A DNA stretch of 39,650 bases from a virus: positions 1-39,650 of IMG/VR virus record IMGVR_UViG_3300045988_050603. One strand, written 5' to 3'. Of the stretch, positions 26,903 through 35,944 are shown in pieces. The notes beneath the pieces were generated by a model. That model worked only from the letters and a program-made list of their open reading frames with translations, had not been told where the DNA came from and searched no databases. The position numbers and the translations under genes were made by a program. Positions within the stretch are counted from its first letter, which is position 1. The number at the start of each line of letters is the position of its first letter.

Positions 26903-27550
26903 ATGAAGGGGATCACTTTTGGCGATTACCATTCATATGATGACTTGCACTTGATTCTGAAAACCAAGGAAATTGGAAGCCCTGCGGTGAAAACCATGAA
27001 GATCAATGTGGAAGGCGCAGATGGTGCGCTGGATCTGACTGACTTCTTTGGTGAACCGAAATATGAAGATGTGAAACACAAGTTTGAATTTTCAACCGTG
27101 GTGCCAAAAGCGGAATTCCTTTCATTGTTTTCAACCGTAAAAAATGCCCTGCATGGTAAGAAGATGCGGATCATCCTTGACGATGATCCGCTTTTCTATT
27201 ACCTGGGGCGGCTTTCGGTTTCCGGCTTTACCAATGATAAAAGCATTGGCAATGTTGATATCGAAGCTGACTGTGAGCCGTACAAGTACAAGCTGGCCAA
27301 AACCGTTGTGACCAGGGCTGTGGATGGTACAGAAAACATTGTGCTGACCAACAGCCGGAAAAGGGCTGTGCCAGAAGTAACGATCCAGGCGGAAGGCAGC
27401 TTGAACATCGTCTTCAATGTCAGCAATGTATGGGATCTGGGAAGCGGATCCTACACGCTGCCGGAATTGGAACTGGTGGAAGGCACGAACAATGTTACCG
27501 TCACAGGCACCGGGAATATCACATTCACATGGCAGGAAGGTGATCTTTAA
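26903..27550 (+). CDS. Distal tail protein Dit (Sipho_tail)
   Basis: 'MKGITFGDYHSYDDLHLILKTKEIGSPAVKTMKINVEGADGALDLTDFFGEPKYEDVKHKFEF' is the classic Dit N-terminus. Confidence 0.7.
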   Translation: MKGITFGDYHSYDDLHLILKTKEIGSPAVKTMKINVEGADGALDLTDFFGEPKYEDVKHKFEFSTVVPKAEFLSLFSTVKNALHGKKMRIILDDDPLFYYLGRLSVSGFTNDKSIGNVDIEADCEPYKYKLAKTVVTRAVDGTENIVLTNSRKRAVPEVTIQAEGSLNIVFNVSNVWDLGSGSYTLPELELVEGTNNVTVTGTGNITFTWQEGDL

Positions 27551-29157
27551 TGTATCGGGTATATTGTGATAGCCTTTTGCTGTACCACAGCAAGCTGGAA
27601 AACCTGAAGATCTTCAATCCTTCCGTGGAACTGGAAGAAAACAAAACCGGCAGCTTTGTGTTCACGATCCAACCCGAGCATCCCTATTATGGGATGGTCA
27701 AAAAGCTGAAATCTATCATCACAGTCTACCAGGACAGCTATCTTCTGTTCCGGGGCCGTGTCCTGGATGAAGATGTGGGCTGGCACAATGAAAAGACATT
27801 TTCCTGCGAAGGGGATCTGTCTTTTTTATTGGACAGTGTTCAAAGGCCGTATGATTTCACCGGCAGCATCACAGATTTCCTTTCCATGCTGATCACTAAT
27901 CATAATGCCCAGGTGGAAGCTGCAAAGCAATTCACGCTTGGCAATGTGACCGTCACGGATCCCAATGACTATATTGTTAGATCTGATATTGACTATGTGA
28001 CCACCTGGGAAGTCATCGAAAAGAAGCTGATTGACCTGCTGGGCGGATATATCGTTATACGGCATGAAAGCGGTGTCAATTACCTTGATTACCTGGCAGC
28101 GATCAACCTTCTTTCGCCGCAGAAGATCACCTTCGGGAAGAACCTGCTGGATCTGAAGCGGATCCGCAAGGGGGCGGATATCGCCACAGTCATCATTCCT
28201 TTGGGTGCCAAGCAAAAAGATGATGAAGGGAAAGACACTGAAACACGGCTGACCATTGCGGATGTGAATGGCGGCGTGGATTTCCTTGAAGATGCCGATG
28301 CCATATCACAATTTGGCACCATTGTCAAAACTGTCATTTTCGATGATGTCACGCTGCCGGAAAACCTTAAAACAAAGGGACAGGTACATCTTTCCGGCGT
28401 TGTCAACCAGTGGGAATCTATTGAACTGACTGCTGCGGATCTTGCCACAGTGAACAATGATTTCACTTCTTTCCACCTGGGAACACAGGTACAAGTGACC
28501 AGCGATCCACACGGCATTGATCAGCGATTCCGGGTAACAAAGCTATCACTGAAGCTGCTGGATCCGGCAGCGAATAAGCTTTCCCTTGGCGCAACGGTGA
28601 AGGGCTTCAGTGAAGCTGTGAAGGGCATTTCCTATGATCAAGGCGCAATCCTTCAGACGGTGGAGAAAAACGCACAGGCGGCAAATTCTGCGGTCTACAA
28701 TGTGGAACAGAACCTGCTTGCATCCATCCAGGCATCCGAAGATAGTATCAAATCAACGGTTGCGGAAAGCTACTACCTGAAGGAAGACACGGATGCATTG
28801 ATTTCTTCTGTTAGCACAGAGATTGAGCAGACAAAGAACAGTGTAGACATCCAGTTTATACAGTTCAGTGCAGACCTGGAAGCAGTGGCCACAGGAACAG
28901 ATGCAGAATTTGAAGAAATCCGAAAATATATCCGCTTTGTAGATGGCCAAATCCTGCTTGGCGAAGTGGGCAATGAACTTGAATTGCAGATTGCGAATGA
29001 CCGGATCAGCTTCCTTCAGGACGGTGCAGAAGTGGCCTACTTCAGCAATCGGAAACTGTATGTCACAGATGCGGAGATCCTGCACAGTTTGCAGCTGGGC
29101 AATTTCGCCTTCATGCCAAGGGCAAATGGGAACCTGTCTTTCAAGAAAACGCAGTAA
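27550..29157 (+). CDS. Tail-associated protein Tal (tail tip / prophage tail endopeptidase-like N-domain)
   Basis: 535 aa immediately after Dit. N-terminus 'MYRVYCDSLLLYHSKLENLKIF...GSFVFTIQPEHPYY...YLLFRGRVLD'. Confidence 0.6.
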   Translation: MYRVYCDSLLLYHSKLENLKIFNPSVELEENKTGSFVFTIQPEHPYYGMVKKLKSIITVYQDSYLLFRGRVLDEDVGWHNEKTFSCEGDLSFLLDSVQRPYDFTGSITDFLSMLITNHNAQVEAAKQFTLGNVTVTDPNDYIVRSDIDYVTTWEVIEKKLIDLLGGYIVIRHESGVNYLDYLAAINLLSPQKITFGKNLLDLKRIRKGADIATVIIPLGAKQKDDEGKDTETRLTIADVNGGVDFLEDADAISQFGTIVKTVIFDDVTLPENLKTKGQVHLSGVVNQWESIELTAADLATVNNDFTSFHLGTQVQVTSDPHGIDQRFRVTKLSLKLLDPAANKLSLGATVKGFSEAVKGISYDQGAILQTVEKNAQAANSAVYNVEQNLLASIQASEDSIKSTVAESYYLKEDTDALISSVSTEIEQTKNSVDIQFIQFSADLEAVATGTDAEFEEIRKYIRFVDGQILLGEVGNELELQIANDRISFLQDGAEVAYFSNRKLYVTDAEILHSLQLGNFAFMPRANGNLSFKKTQ

Positions 29158-29206
29158 GGATGATAGGCCGTTTTTGGCTTCTATTTTTGAATAGGGGGCA
29201 AAGACA

Positions 29207-31258
29207 ATGGCAACTTCAGGCACCATTCAACAGGCCATCCGCACAGGATATCGGATCCAGATTGTCTGGAATGTGGGTTCGCAGTCTGTGGCGAACAATA
29301 CTTCCACAGTGACAGCCAAGGTGCAGCTTGTTTCCACAGGATCTTCTTATACGATCAATTCAAGTGCAAGCAAGTCCGGCAGTCTGACCATCAACGGCAC
29401 AAAGTACACCTTCAGCTTCACAGCTGCTTTATCTGGCAACCAGACCAAAACACTATACACGAAGACGGTCACGATTCCACACAATTCTGATGGAACAAAG
29501 ACTTGTGCCTTCTCTGCGACCTGCGGAATCAATGTCACGCTATCCGGCACCTATTACGGCAATGTGACTGCATCCGGCAATGGAACCTTCAACACCATCG
29601 CCAGGGCATCAAAGATCAGCAGCGTGACATCTTCGGTCAGCGTGAATGGAACCAACGCTGTCACGGTGAACATCACCAGGGCGGCTTCCAGCTTCACGCA
29701 TACGGTTGTTTTCAGCTTTGGCAGCTATTCCAAAACCACAACAGGCGTTGGAACTTCTACCAGCTATGCTATTCCGCAAAGCTGGCTGAATGCGATACCG
29801 AATTCAACAAGCGGAACAGCGAAGGTGACTGTCACAACCTATTCCGGCAGCACGAAGATCGGATCCGCCGTCAGCAAAAGCTTCAAGATTACGGTTCCGG
29901 CATCGGTGGTGCCAACCATCAGCGCAGTAAGCCTGACGGAAGCCGTTTCCGGCATTGCAGCACAGTTCGGCGGACATGTCCAGAACAAGTCAAAAATCGC
30001 CTGTAAGGTCACTGCGGCTGGCGCTTATTCGTCTACTATAAAAGCCTACAAAACCACCATCCAGGGGGCAAATTTTTCGTCTGCTGCGTTCACATCTGGC
30101 TTCCTTACCAAAAGCGGCACATCCAATGTCACAGTGACTGTGACAGACAGCCGGGGAAGGACAGCAACCACCACAAAAAGCATCACGGTCATCGCCTATG
30201 CTGCGCCGAAGATCACCAGCTTTCAGGGCTTCCGATGCCTGGCAGATGGAACGGAAAACTATGAAGGCACATACATCAATGCTGCTGTGAAATTCAGCAT
30301 TTCGGCGGTCGGGGATAAGAATACAAAAACCTATGCCATCGAATACAAGAAGACATCAGCCACGGCCTGGACAGCGCTGGCCAGCGGATCTGTCTATTCA
30401 CTGAATCAATCGATCATCAGTGCATCGGGCCTGTTTTCTGTTGATAGCAGCTATGATATCCGGCTTTCAGTTACTGACTATTTCGGAACGGTCAGAAGCA
30501 CCTTTGAGATTCCGACAGCTTTCACACTGCTGGACTTCAATGCTTCCGGCAAGGGCCTGGCCTTCGGCAAGGTGTCTGAATTGACAGAAGGTGTTGAATT
30601 TGCGCTTCTGATGAAATCGGGACACGGTGAACTTGTAAACAGCCCTGTTCCTTTGCCAAGCAATCAAGATCTGAATAACCTGAAGAATCCGGGCTTTTAT
30701 ATCATCGGAAGCACAGCCACAAGCACAACGATCCTGAATAAGCCGCCCATGACCGCATCAGCAACAGCATTGATCGAAGTAATACAGATGGGTGACGGTG
30801 TTCAATTGATGCAGCGCTTTTCGCTTTGTGACAAGGATGATGAACTTGTATGGCAGCGGATATTCTATGGAACCGCTTGGGGATCTTGGATGCTTATTGG
30901 TGGATGTAGTGAGTGGAAGAACCTGACCTTGAACGATGGATTTTCTTTATATGGCGGAATTTCAGGCAACCAACCAAAATACAGAATAAACGGAAATAAT
31001 GTTACTGTGAAGGGCGTTGTTTCTCCTAAAACAGCATACACATCCAGCATAACAAAGGTGCCGTGTGCCAGCGGCATCCCGGAAGATTTCAGGCCAGAAC
31101 TTGCGCTGTCTTTCGTTTGCCAGGGATCCGGCATGAATAGATGGGTATGCGGGATAGAAACAAACGGAACTGTTACGGTCAGCAGATATGGGATCACAGA
31201 AGGTGTCAATGTTCCCACAAATGCATGGCTTGTTTTTTGTTGCACTTACTCAATTTAA
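29207..31258 (+). CDS. Receptor-binding protein / tail fibre
   Basis: 683 aa, T/S/G/N-rich with repeated VTVT beta motifs. Distinct C-terminal globular region. Confidence 0.55.
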   Translation: MATSGTIQQAIRTGYRIQIVWNVGSQSVANNTSTVTAKVQLVSTGSSYTINSSASKSGSLTINGTKYTFSFTAALSGNQTKTLYTKTVTIPHNSDGTKTCAFSATCGINVTLSGTYYGNVTASGNGTFNTIARASKISSVTSSVSVNGTNAVTVNITRAASSFTHTVVFSFGSYSKTTTGVGTSTSYAIPQSWLNAIPNSTSGTAKVTVTTYSGSTKIGSAVSKSFKITVPASVVPTISAVSLTEAVSGIAAQFGGHVQNKSKIACKVTAAGAYSSTIKAYKTTIQGANFSSAAFTSGFLTKSGTSNVTVTVTDSRGRTATTTKSITVIAYAAPKITSFQGFRCLADGTENYEGTYINAAVKFSISAVGDKNTKTYAIEYKKTSATAWTALASGSVYSLNQSIISASGLFSVDSSYDIRLSVTDYFGTVRSTFEIPTAFTLLDFNASGKGLAFGKVSELTEGVEFALLMKSGHGELVNSPVPLPSNQDLNNLKNPGFYIIGSTATSTTILNKPPMTASATALIEVIQMGDGVQLMQRFSLCDKDDELVWQRIFYGTAWGSWMLIGGCSEWKNLTLNDGFSLYGGISGNQPKYRINGNNVTVKGVVSPKTAYTSSITKVPCASGIPEDFRPELALSFVCQGSGMNRWVCGIETNGTVTVSRYGITEGVNVPTNAWLVFCCTYSI

Positions 31259-31277
31259 CACCAGGGGGATAATCAGG

Positions 31278-31550
31278 ATGATAGAAGCCATAATCGCAGC
31301 CGCAGCAGCAATTGTTGTCTGCATGATCAACAATGCATTTCAGATGAGGGCTACGAAGAAGCAGCATAGCAACACAATTGAACTGATCGAATACAAACTT
31401 GATGAACTATCAAAGCGTGTGAATAAGCACAATAACCTGGTAGAAAGAACATACGCATTGGAGCAGCACGAAGCAGTTATTCAAGAACAGATCAAGGTTG
31501 CCAATCATCGAATTGACGATCTTGAACATCAAGAAAGGGCCGGGGAATAA
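31278..31550 (+). CDS. Small membrane protein with N-terminal TM and coiled coil (holin-like/XhlA-like)
   Basis: 'MIEAIIAAAAAIVVCMINNAF' TM segment followed by a heptad-rich tail. AGGGGGATAATCAGG RBS. Confidence 0.4.
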   Translation: MIEAIIAAAAAIVVCMINNAFQMRATKKQHSNTIELIEYKLDELSKRVNKHNNLVERTYALEQHEAVIQEQIKVANHRIDDLEHQERAGE

Positions 31551-31566
31551 TCCCTGGCCCTTTTTT
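31537..31566 (+). terminator. Rho-independent terminator ending the late operon
   Basis: GGGCCGGGG-aataat-CCCTGGCCC stem followed by TTTTTT. Confidence 0.7.
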
Positions 31567-31928
31567 CATTTTAGCAATCGTTCTAATGCATCCAGTTCGT
31601 CTGTTCTCTTTTTAAGATAGTCATCAGTGAATAGTATGTCACGCCAATAAACAAAGCATTCACCTTTTGATTCACACAGCAGCTTTACATCATTCATATA
31701 TATAACAAACGATTTAAGCGCATCATATAGAACATGGGGTGGGCATTTTCTGCTTGCAAGCCAAGCAGAAAGAAACGCATTATATTCTATTTTTACTTTA
31801 TCCGTGAATGATTTATTTGCCGTAAACCATCCAAAAGGCAGATCACCTTCTTCTGTTAGGCAATCCAGCCTTTCACCAAGGGCATTTGTTTTTGGATCCG
31901 GCTTTCTTTTAGCACTAAATAAACTCAT
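31566..31928 (-). CDS. Hypothetical protein in the lysogeny/moron region
   Basis: 120 aa. Convergent with the late operon. No recognisable motif. Confidence 0.45.
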   Translation of the reverse strand: MSLFSAKRKPDPKTNALGERLDCLTEEGDLPFGWFTANKSFTDKVKIEYNAFLSAWLASRKCPPHVLYDALKSFVIYMNDVKLLCESKGECFVYWRDILFTDDYLKKRTDELDALERLLK

Positions 31929-32087
31929 AATGACACCTTATATAATTTAATCAAAAACCATTTGTGACCTGAAATTCATTCTATTCCCAAAATTTCGGCA
32001 ATGCAATATCCTGGCGGAATAATCAGCGAAACGCACGAACTGGCCAAATTGATATTGGTTATTCCGCCAACGGAAAAGGAATCCTTT

Positions 32088-32244
32088 ATTCGTTTAGCTT
32101 TTCATACATCTGTTCTTTCGTGATGATCCCAAGGCAGTATATTTCCAGGATCGTTTCAACATACACTTCTTTTCTTTCCTTGTATTCGTCTTCCGTAATT
32201 TCGCCGGCAAGCAGCAGCTGTTCCAATTTACCAAGTGTGTTCAT
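32088..32244 (-). CDS. Small SHOCT-like protein (52 aa)
   Basis: 'LGKLEQLLLAGEITEDEYKERKEV' fits the SHOCT motif (L..L...G.IteeEY..rK). AAGAAAGG RBS. Shorter than 60 aa, so absent from the ORF track. Confidence 0.3.
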
Positions 32245-32298
32245 ATTGTTCAGACCTTTCTTATTTCGTATAATGCAGATATATCAATGGCGGATTTT

Positions 32299-32353
32299 AG
32301 TTAGTAGCATGGCAGTTGTATTAAAGTCGAACTTCCATGCTACTAACTAATGG
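32299..32353. repeat. Perfect 16-bp inverted repeat with 23-nt core next to the integrase 3' end (attP candidate)
   Basis: TTAGTTAGTAGCATGG-N23-CCATGCTACTAACTAA, read directly. Confidence 0.4.
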
Positions 32354-32368
32354 CAAAATAAAATGCCC

Positions 32369-33961
32369 TTATTTTAGAAACACTTCAAGGATCGGGGTTC
32401 CGCCTTTTCTTTCACCATGATCTATGATGTCGTAGGTGATCTTGTCAATGTATTGCTTCAGAAAATCATTCTTTTTCTTGGCTGATAATTTCGGATTGTT
32501 GATGCAGTCAATCATCTTGTGAAGGCTGACGATCTTTTTAGAATAGTTCACCGGCTTCGGCATATTTTCTTTTGCTTCCTTGATCCGGTCATTTAATTCA
32601 TCAATCTGATGGGCATACATCTGTTTTCTTTCAATGAATTCGTCCCTTGTGTATGTTCCGTCATCAGCTTCCCAGGAATCAAACAATTTGCGCTTTTTCT
32701 TTTCCTGCTTGGCAAGTTCTTTTTCCATTGCTTTGATCATGTCCTGGTGCCGGATTAGATCCGTCTGATCGTTGTCATTCTCCATCTTGAATGTGAAATC
32801 ATCAATATAGGCATTCAGTGCTTCCACAAATGCATCCATTACGGTTTGCACATCGCAGGATTTCTTTTTGCAGCTGAACATTCTTGCATGAATAAACCGT
32901 GGCTGATAATTATATTTTTGCCTGGAAGGATATTTGTTATAGTCAAGCAGGGACATATTACGGCCACAGTCACAGCATTCCAGCAGCCCAGCAAGTGGGT
33001 TGGCAAGTTCTTTCTGCATATTTGCCTTCGGCTTTTTCTGCTTCAATATCATCTGTGCCTTTTCAAACTGTTCTTCTGAAATCAAGCCTTCATGTTTTCC
33101 TTCATAGTATTCCACTTGACCTTTCTGCCGCTTCTTTACAAGCTTGCCTTTCTTTTCATCAAAGACCTTTACAGTTTGCTGCGCTCCCCAGGAAACCTTG
33201 CCAATGTAATGCACATTTGAAAGCATATCCCGGATAGTGCCTTTGCTCCATTCATCCCGGTTTCTTGTTGTTTTGACACCCATTTCAGTCAGCTTTCTTG
33301 CGATCCAGTATTGTGACCGCTTTTCTTCGGTGTACCAATCAAAGATCATTCGCAGGATAGGGCCTTCTTCCTGGTTTTCAACAAGGTATCTGTCTTTCTT
33401 GGATGGCTTGACGATGTTAAATCCGAAGATCCTTTGCGGCGGAAGATAGTTGCCTTCCATGACGGATTGTTTCTTGCCGGCTTCCAGGCGGCGCTTGATG
33501 GTTTTGTATTCCCGGCGTGACATGAACAGACCAAATTCAAAATATTCCTGGTCAAATTCATTGTTCGGATCATATACCTTCGCAGGGGTGATGATCTTCG
33601 TGCTGGATGCCTGGAATGCATCTGCCACTTCGCCTTGATCCTTTGTGTTACCTCTGGCCAAGCGTTCTACTTCAACCACCAGCACAGCCTTGTATTTGTG
33701 CTGGTAGATGTCCGACAGCAGCCGCTGCATCTCTGGCCGCTGATCTATGCTATCACCGGACACAACTTCCTTATATACAGTGATCTGGCCGGGGTGGATG
33801 TCATGCTTTGCTGCCAGTGCTTCAAGCATGTGCTTGTGCCTTGCCAGCGTTTCACCTTCCCCAAGGGCTTCCATTTCCATGTCGGCCCTTGACTTTCTCA
33901 AATACATGGCATATTGATCTTGTTCCCATTTCCCACACACTTTTTCTATTGTTTTCTCCAC
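32369..33961 (-). CDS. int: Large serine recombinase (integrase)
   Basis: Resolvase-type N-terminus 'AMYLRKSRAD' with catalytic Ser, a recombinase domain, zinc ribbon 'CCDCGRNM...C..C', and a C-terminal coiled coil. 530 aa. Confidence 0.9.
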   Translation of the reverse strand: MEKTIEKVCGKWEQDQYAMYLRKSRADMEMEALGEGETLARHKHMLEALAAKHDIHPGQITVYKEVVSGDSIDQRPEMQRLLSDIYQHKYKAVLVVEVERLARGNTKDQGEVADAFQASSTKIITPAKVYDPNNEFDQEYFEFGLFMSRREYKTIKRRLEAGKKQSVMEGNYLPPQRIFGFNIVKPSKKDRYLVENQEEGPILRMIFDWYTEEKRSQYWIARKLTEMGVKTTRNRDEWSKGTIRDMLSNVHYIGKVSWGAQQTVKVFDEKKGKLVKKRQKGQVEYYEGKHEGLISEEQFEKAQMILKQKKPKANMQKELANPLAGLLECCDCGRNMSLLDYNKYPSRQKYNYQPRFIHARMFSCKKKSCDVQTVMDAFVEALNAYIDDFTFKMENDNDQTDLIRHQDMIKAMEKELAKQEKKKRKLFDSWEADDGTYTRDEFIERKQMYAHQIDELNDRIKEAKENMPKPVNYSKKIVSLHKMIDCINNPKLSAKKKNDFLKQYIDKITYDIIDHGERKGGTPILEVFLK

Positions 33962-33980
33962 TTTGATCCCACCTTAATTT

Positions 33981-34529
33981 TTAGTAGCGCCAGATAAAGC
34001 CTATGTTGCCATTCAGTCGGTCAATGACCAGTGCGCCGATGATTAAAATGATGGCAACTGTAAGTAAAATTCTTAACAAGATGATTTCGTGCTTTTGATC
34101 TCTAATCAGATCTTTCAAATATTCCGTTTTATTCTTCCATTCAGATCTTGTTGTGGCAATTTCTTTATTGTGCTGTGCTTCATTCTGCATAACGAAATCC
34201 ATCATCTTTTTATTTGCATCTTCCAGCTGTTCAAGTTCAGCAGCGTGATCAGGTTCAAATGATGGACAGTCAGAATGTTTTCCGCTGCCGATCAGCGCCG
34301 ACAGGATTGCTTGTACGGTTGTATAGGTGACATCAGAACATCTGCCAGACAACTTTGCATCAATCGTTCCTTTTGGCACATTTGCCTTTTCTGCAAGATC
34401 TGCATTTGACCATCCCAAATAGTTTTTCCGGTGTTTGCACCAAGTCCAAAGTTTATCCAGGGGAAGCGAAAACAAATAAGGGGTGCAGTCTTTGCCTAAA
34501 TGAGCGCATTTTACGCATTTCTCAAACAT
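33981..34529 (-). CDS. XRE-type HTH protein with C-terminal transmembrane anchor
   Basis: HTH 'LGWSNADLAEKANVPKGTIDAKLSG'. C-terminal TM 'IILLRILLTVAIILIIGALVI'. N-terminal 'CVKCAHLGKDC'. Confidence 0.55.
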   Translation of the reverse strand: MFEKCVKCAHLGKDCTPYLFSLPLDKLWTWCKHRKNYLGWSNADLAEKANVPKGTIDAKLSGRCSDVTYTTVQAILSALIGSGKHSDCPSFEPDHAAELEQLEDANKKMMDFVMQNEAQHNKEIATTRSEWKNKTEYLKDLIRDQKHEIILLRILLTVAIILIIGALVIDRLNGNIGFIWRY

Positions 34530-34707
34530 TTTCTTTCTCCTTCCTGTATTGCAAGTAAAAACTTGCTTAAAGCAAGCGGAAACTTGCTTTGCTGGTATTG
34601 ATTGCCAAGAAAATCGTGGTATATTTGGGGTAGGTCAGAAATGGCCTATCATCCTGTTGGTGCGGTGGGGGATCTCGTTGGCACCAGGTTCCCCACCACG
34701 CCTTCCT

Positions 34708-35106
34708 TTATTCTTCTTTCAAAGTGCGCCGAAATAGAAGATACTTTGCGAACCTAATGAATTCTTCATTTTCTTCTTCCGTGAATTCTACATGGCCAAC
34801 TTCCTGCGCCCATCGTTCCATGTTTTTCACCTGGGCAGTATTGGTTGATATGTAGGTGGCAGCAAAGCCATCCTTCACAACATGGGTGGATGCGTAACGA
34901 TCCGATTGATCCATTCCGATTAAATATGTCGGTGTAGTTTCAAGCGCACTGGCAAGGGGTTCAAGCATATCGATGGCCACCTTGTCAATTCCACCGTTTT
35001 CATATCTGTAAATAGTAGATCGATCCTTGCTGATCTTCCTGGCAAGTTCATCAGCTGACATCTTCAGCTGCGTTCTTCTTTTCTTTATTCTGCTTCCAAT
35101 ATTCAC
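34708..35106 (-). CDS. CI-like XRE-family repressor
   Basis: 'IGSRIKKRRTQLKMSADELARKISKDRSTIYRYENG' HTH plus a C-terminal domain. GTG start with AGGGAG RBS. Confidence 0.8.
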   Translation of the reverse strand: MNIGSRIKKRRTQLKMSADELARKISKDRSTIYRYENGGIDKVAIDMLEPLASALETTPTYLIGMDQSDRYASTHVVKDGFAATYISTNTAQVKNMERWAQEVGHVEFTEEENEEFIRFAKYLLFRRTLKEE

Positions 35107-35362
35107 ATTGCAAAACTCCCTTCAAAATCCACACTATCACACGCAGTCGCAGGAATGCAACAAAATAAAAACTCATCGCATTTCATGCAATTTTCCGCAT
35201 TGACAGAAATTTTGTAAAGGTGTTACGATTTGCCTGTAAGAAGGTTGGCAATATGATTGATGAAAGAGAGTGACAGAAGTGACAAAGACAGACTACATAA
35301 AAGAAATTATTGAACTGCTGGAAAACTGCAATGACATTCCGTTGATCGACCTAATAAAACGG

Positions 35363-35734
35363 TTACTTCTGAAAAGCATTTAATATTTCCTTGACTGCAT
35401 TGACCTTGGCAGAATCCATCTGATACAAGGTTTCTACAACAGACATAAAATCTTTATCCAATCTCATTCGGACAATGATGCTTGCAATAGCTTCGTTGTC
35501 CTTTTCTTTTTCTTCGGTCATTTTTTCTTCAATAAGATCGGATTTCATTATTCCAAAATAATCAGCCAGGATTTCAATCTTGTCGATCCTGGGATATTTT
35601 TTTGCGTTGATCCAATCGCTGAATGTTGCTGTTGAAACGCCGCAAACCTCTGCAATTTCCCTTTGTGTCCGGCCGGCACGATTCATATATTTACGAAGAT
35701 TCTTTGCAAAAACATCCTTTGACCACTGTGCCAT
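35363..35734 (-). CDS. XRE-family HTH regulator, divergent from the early operon (second repressor / CI-like)
   Basis: 'RTQREIAEVCGVSTATFSDWINAKKYPRIDKIEILADYFGI' HTH. Confidence 0.75.
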   Translation of the reverse strand: MAQWSKDVFAKNLRKYMNRAGRTQREIAEVCGVSTATFSDWINAKKYPRIDKIEILADYFGIMKSDLIEEKMTEEKEKDNEAIASIIVRMRLDKDFMSVVETLYQMDSAKVNAVKEILNAFQK

Positions 35735-35827
35735 TTTGCCACCTCCTTTCCTATCCTTTATAGGAAGATATTACACCTTATTAGCTTAAAAGTAAATACT
35801 TTTATGCAAAAAGTTAGCCAAAAGCTA

Positions 35828-35856
35828 TTGACAATACTATTTCAGAATAGTATTAT
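35828..35856 (+). promoter_or_regulatory. Early promoter TTGACA-N17-TATTAT with an 8-4-8 palindromic operator ATACTATT-tcag-AATAGTAT in the spacer
   Basis: Read directly. Followed at 35868..35882 by a second palindrome TTAGCT-tta-AGCTAA. Confidence 0.65.
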
Positions 35857-35944
35857 ATGCTCGTAGGTTAGCTTTAAGCTAATTTACAAAGTTGAAAAAG
35901 GCTAATTTCAGACACAACAGCCGACAGACAGAAAGGAAATTGAA

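Noticed and set aside
34549-34737. 62-aa + strand ORF in the CI-downstream intergenic region
   Set aside because: It overlaps the GC-rich hairpin (GGTGGGGGA...TCCCCACC, 34660..34705) and the CTTGC palindrome cluster. No RBS. More likely a regulatory or terminator region than a gene.
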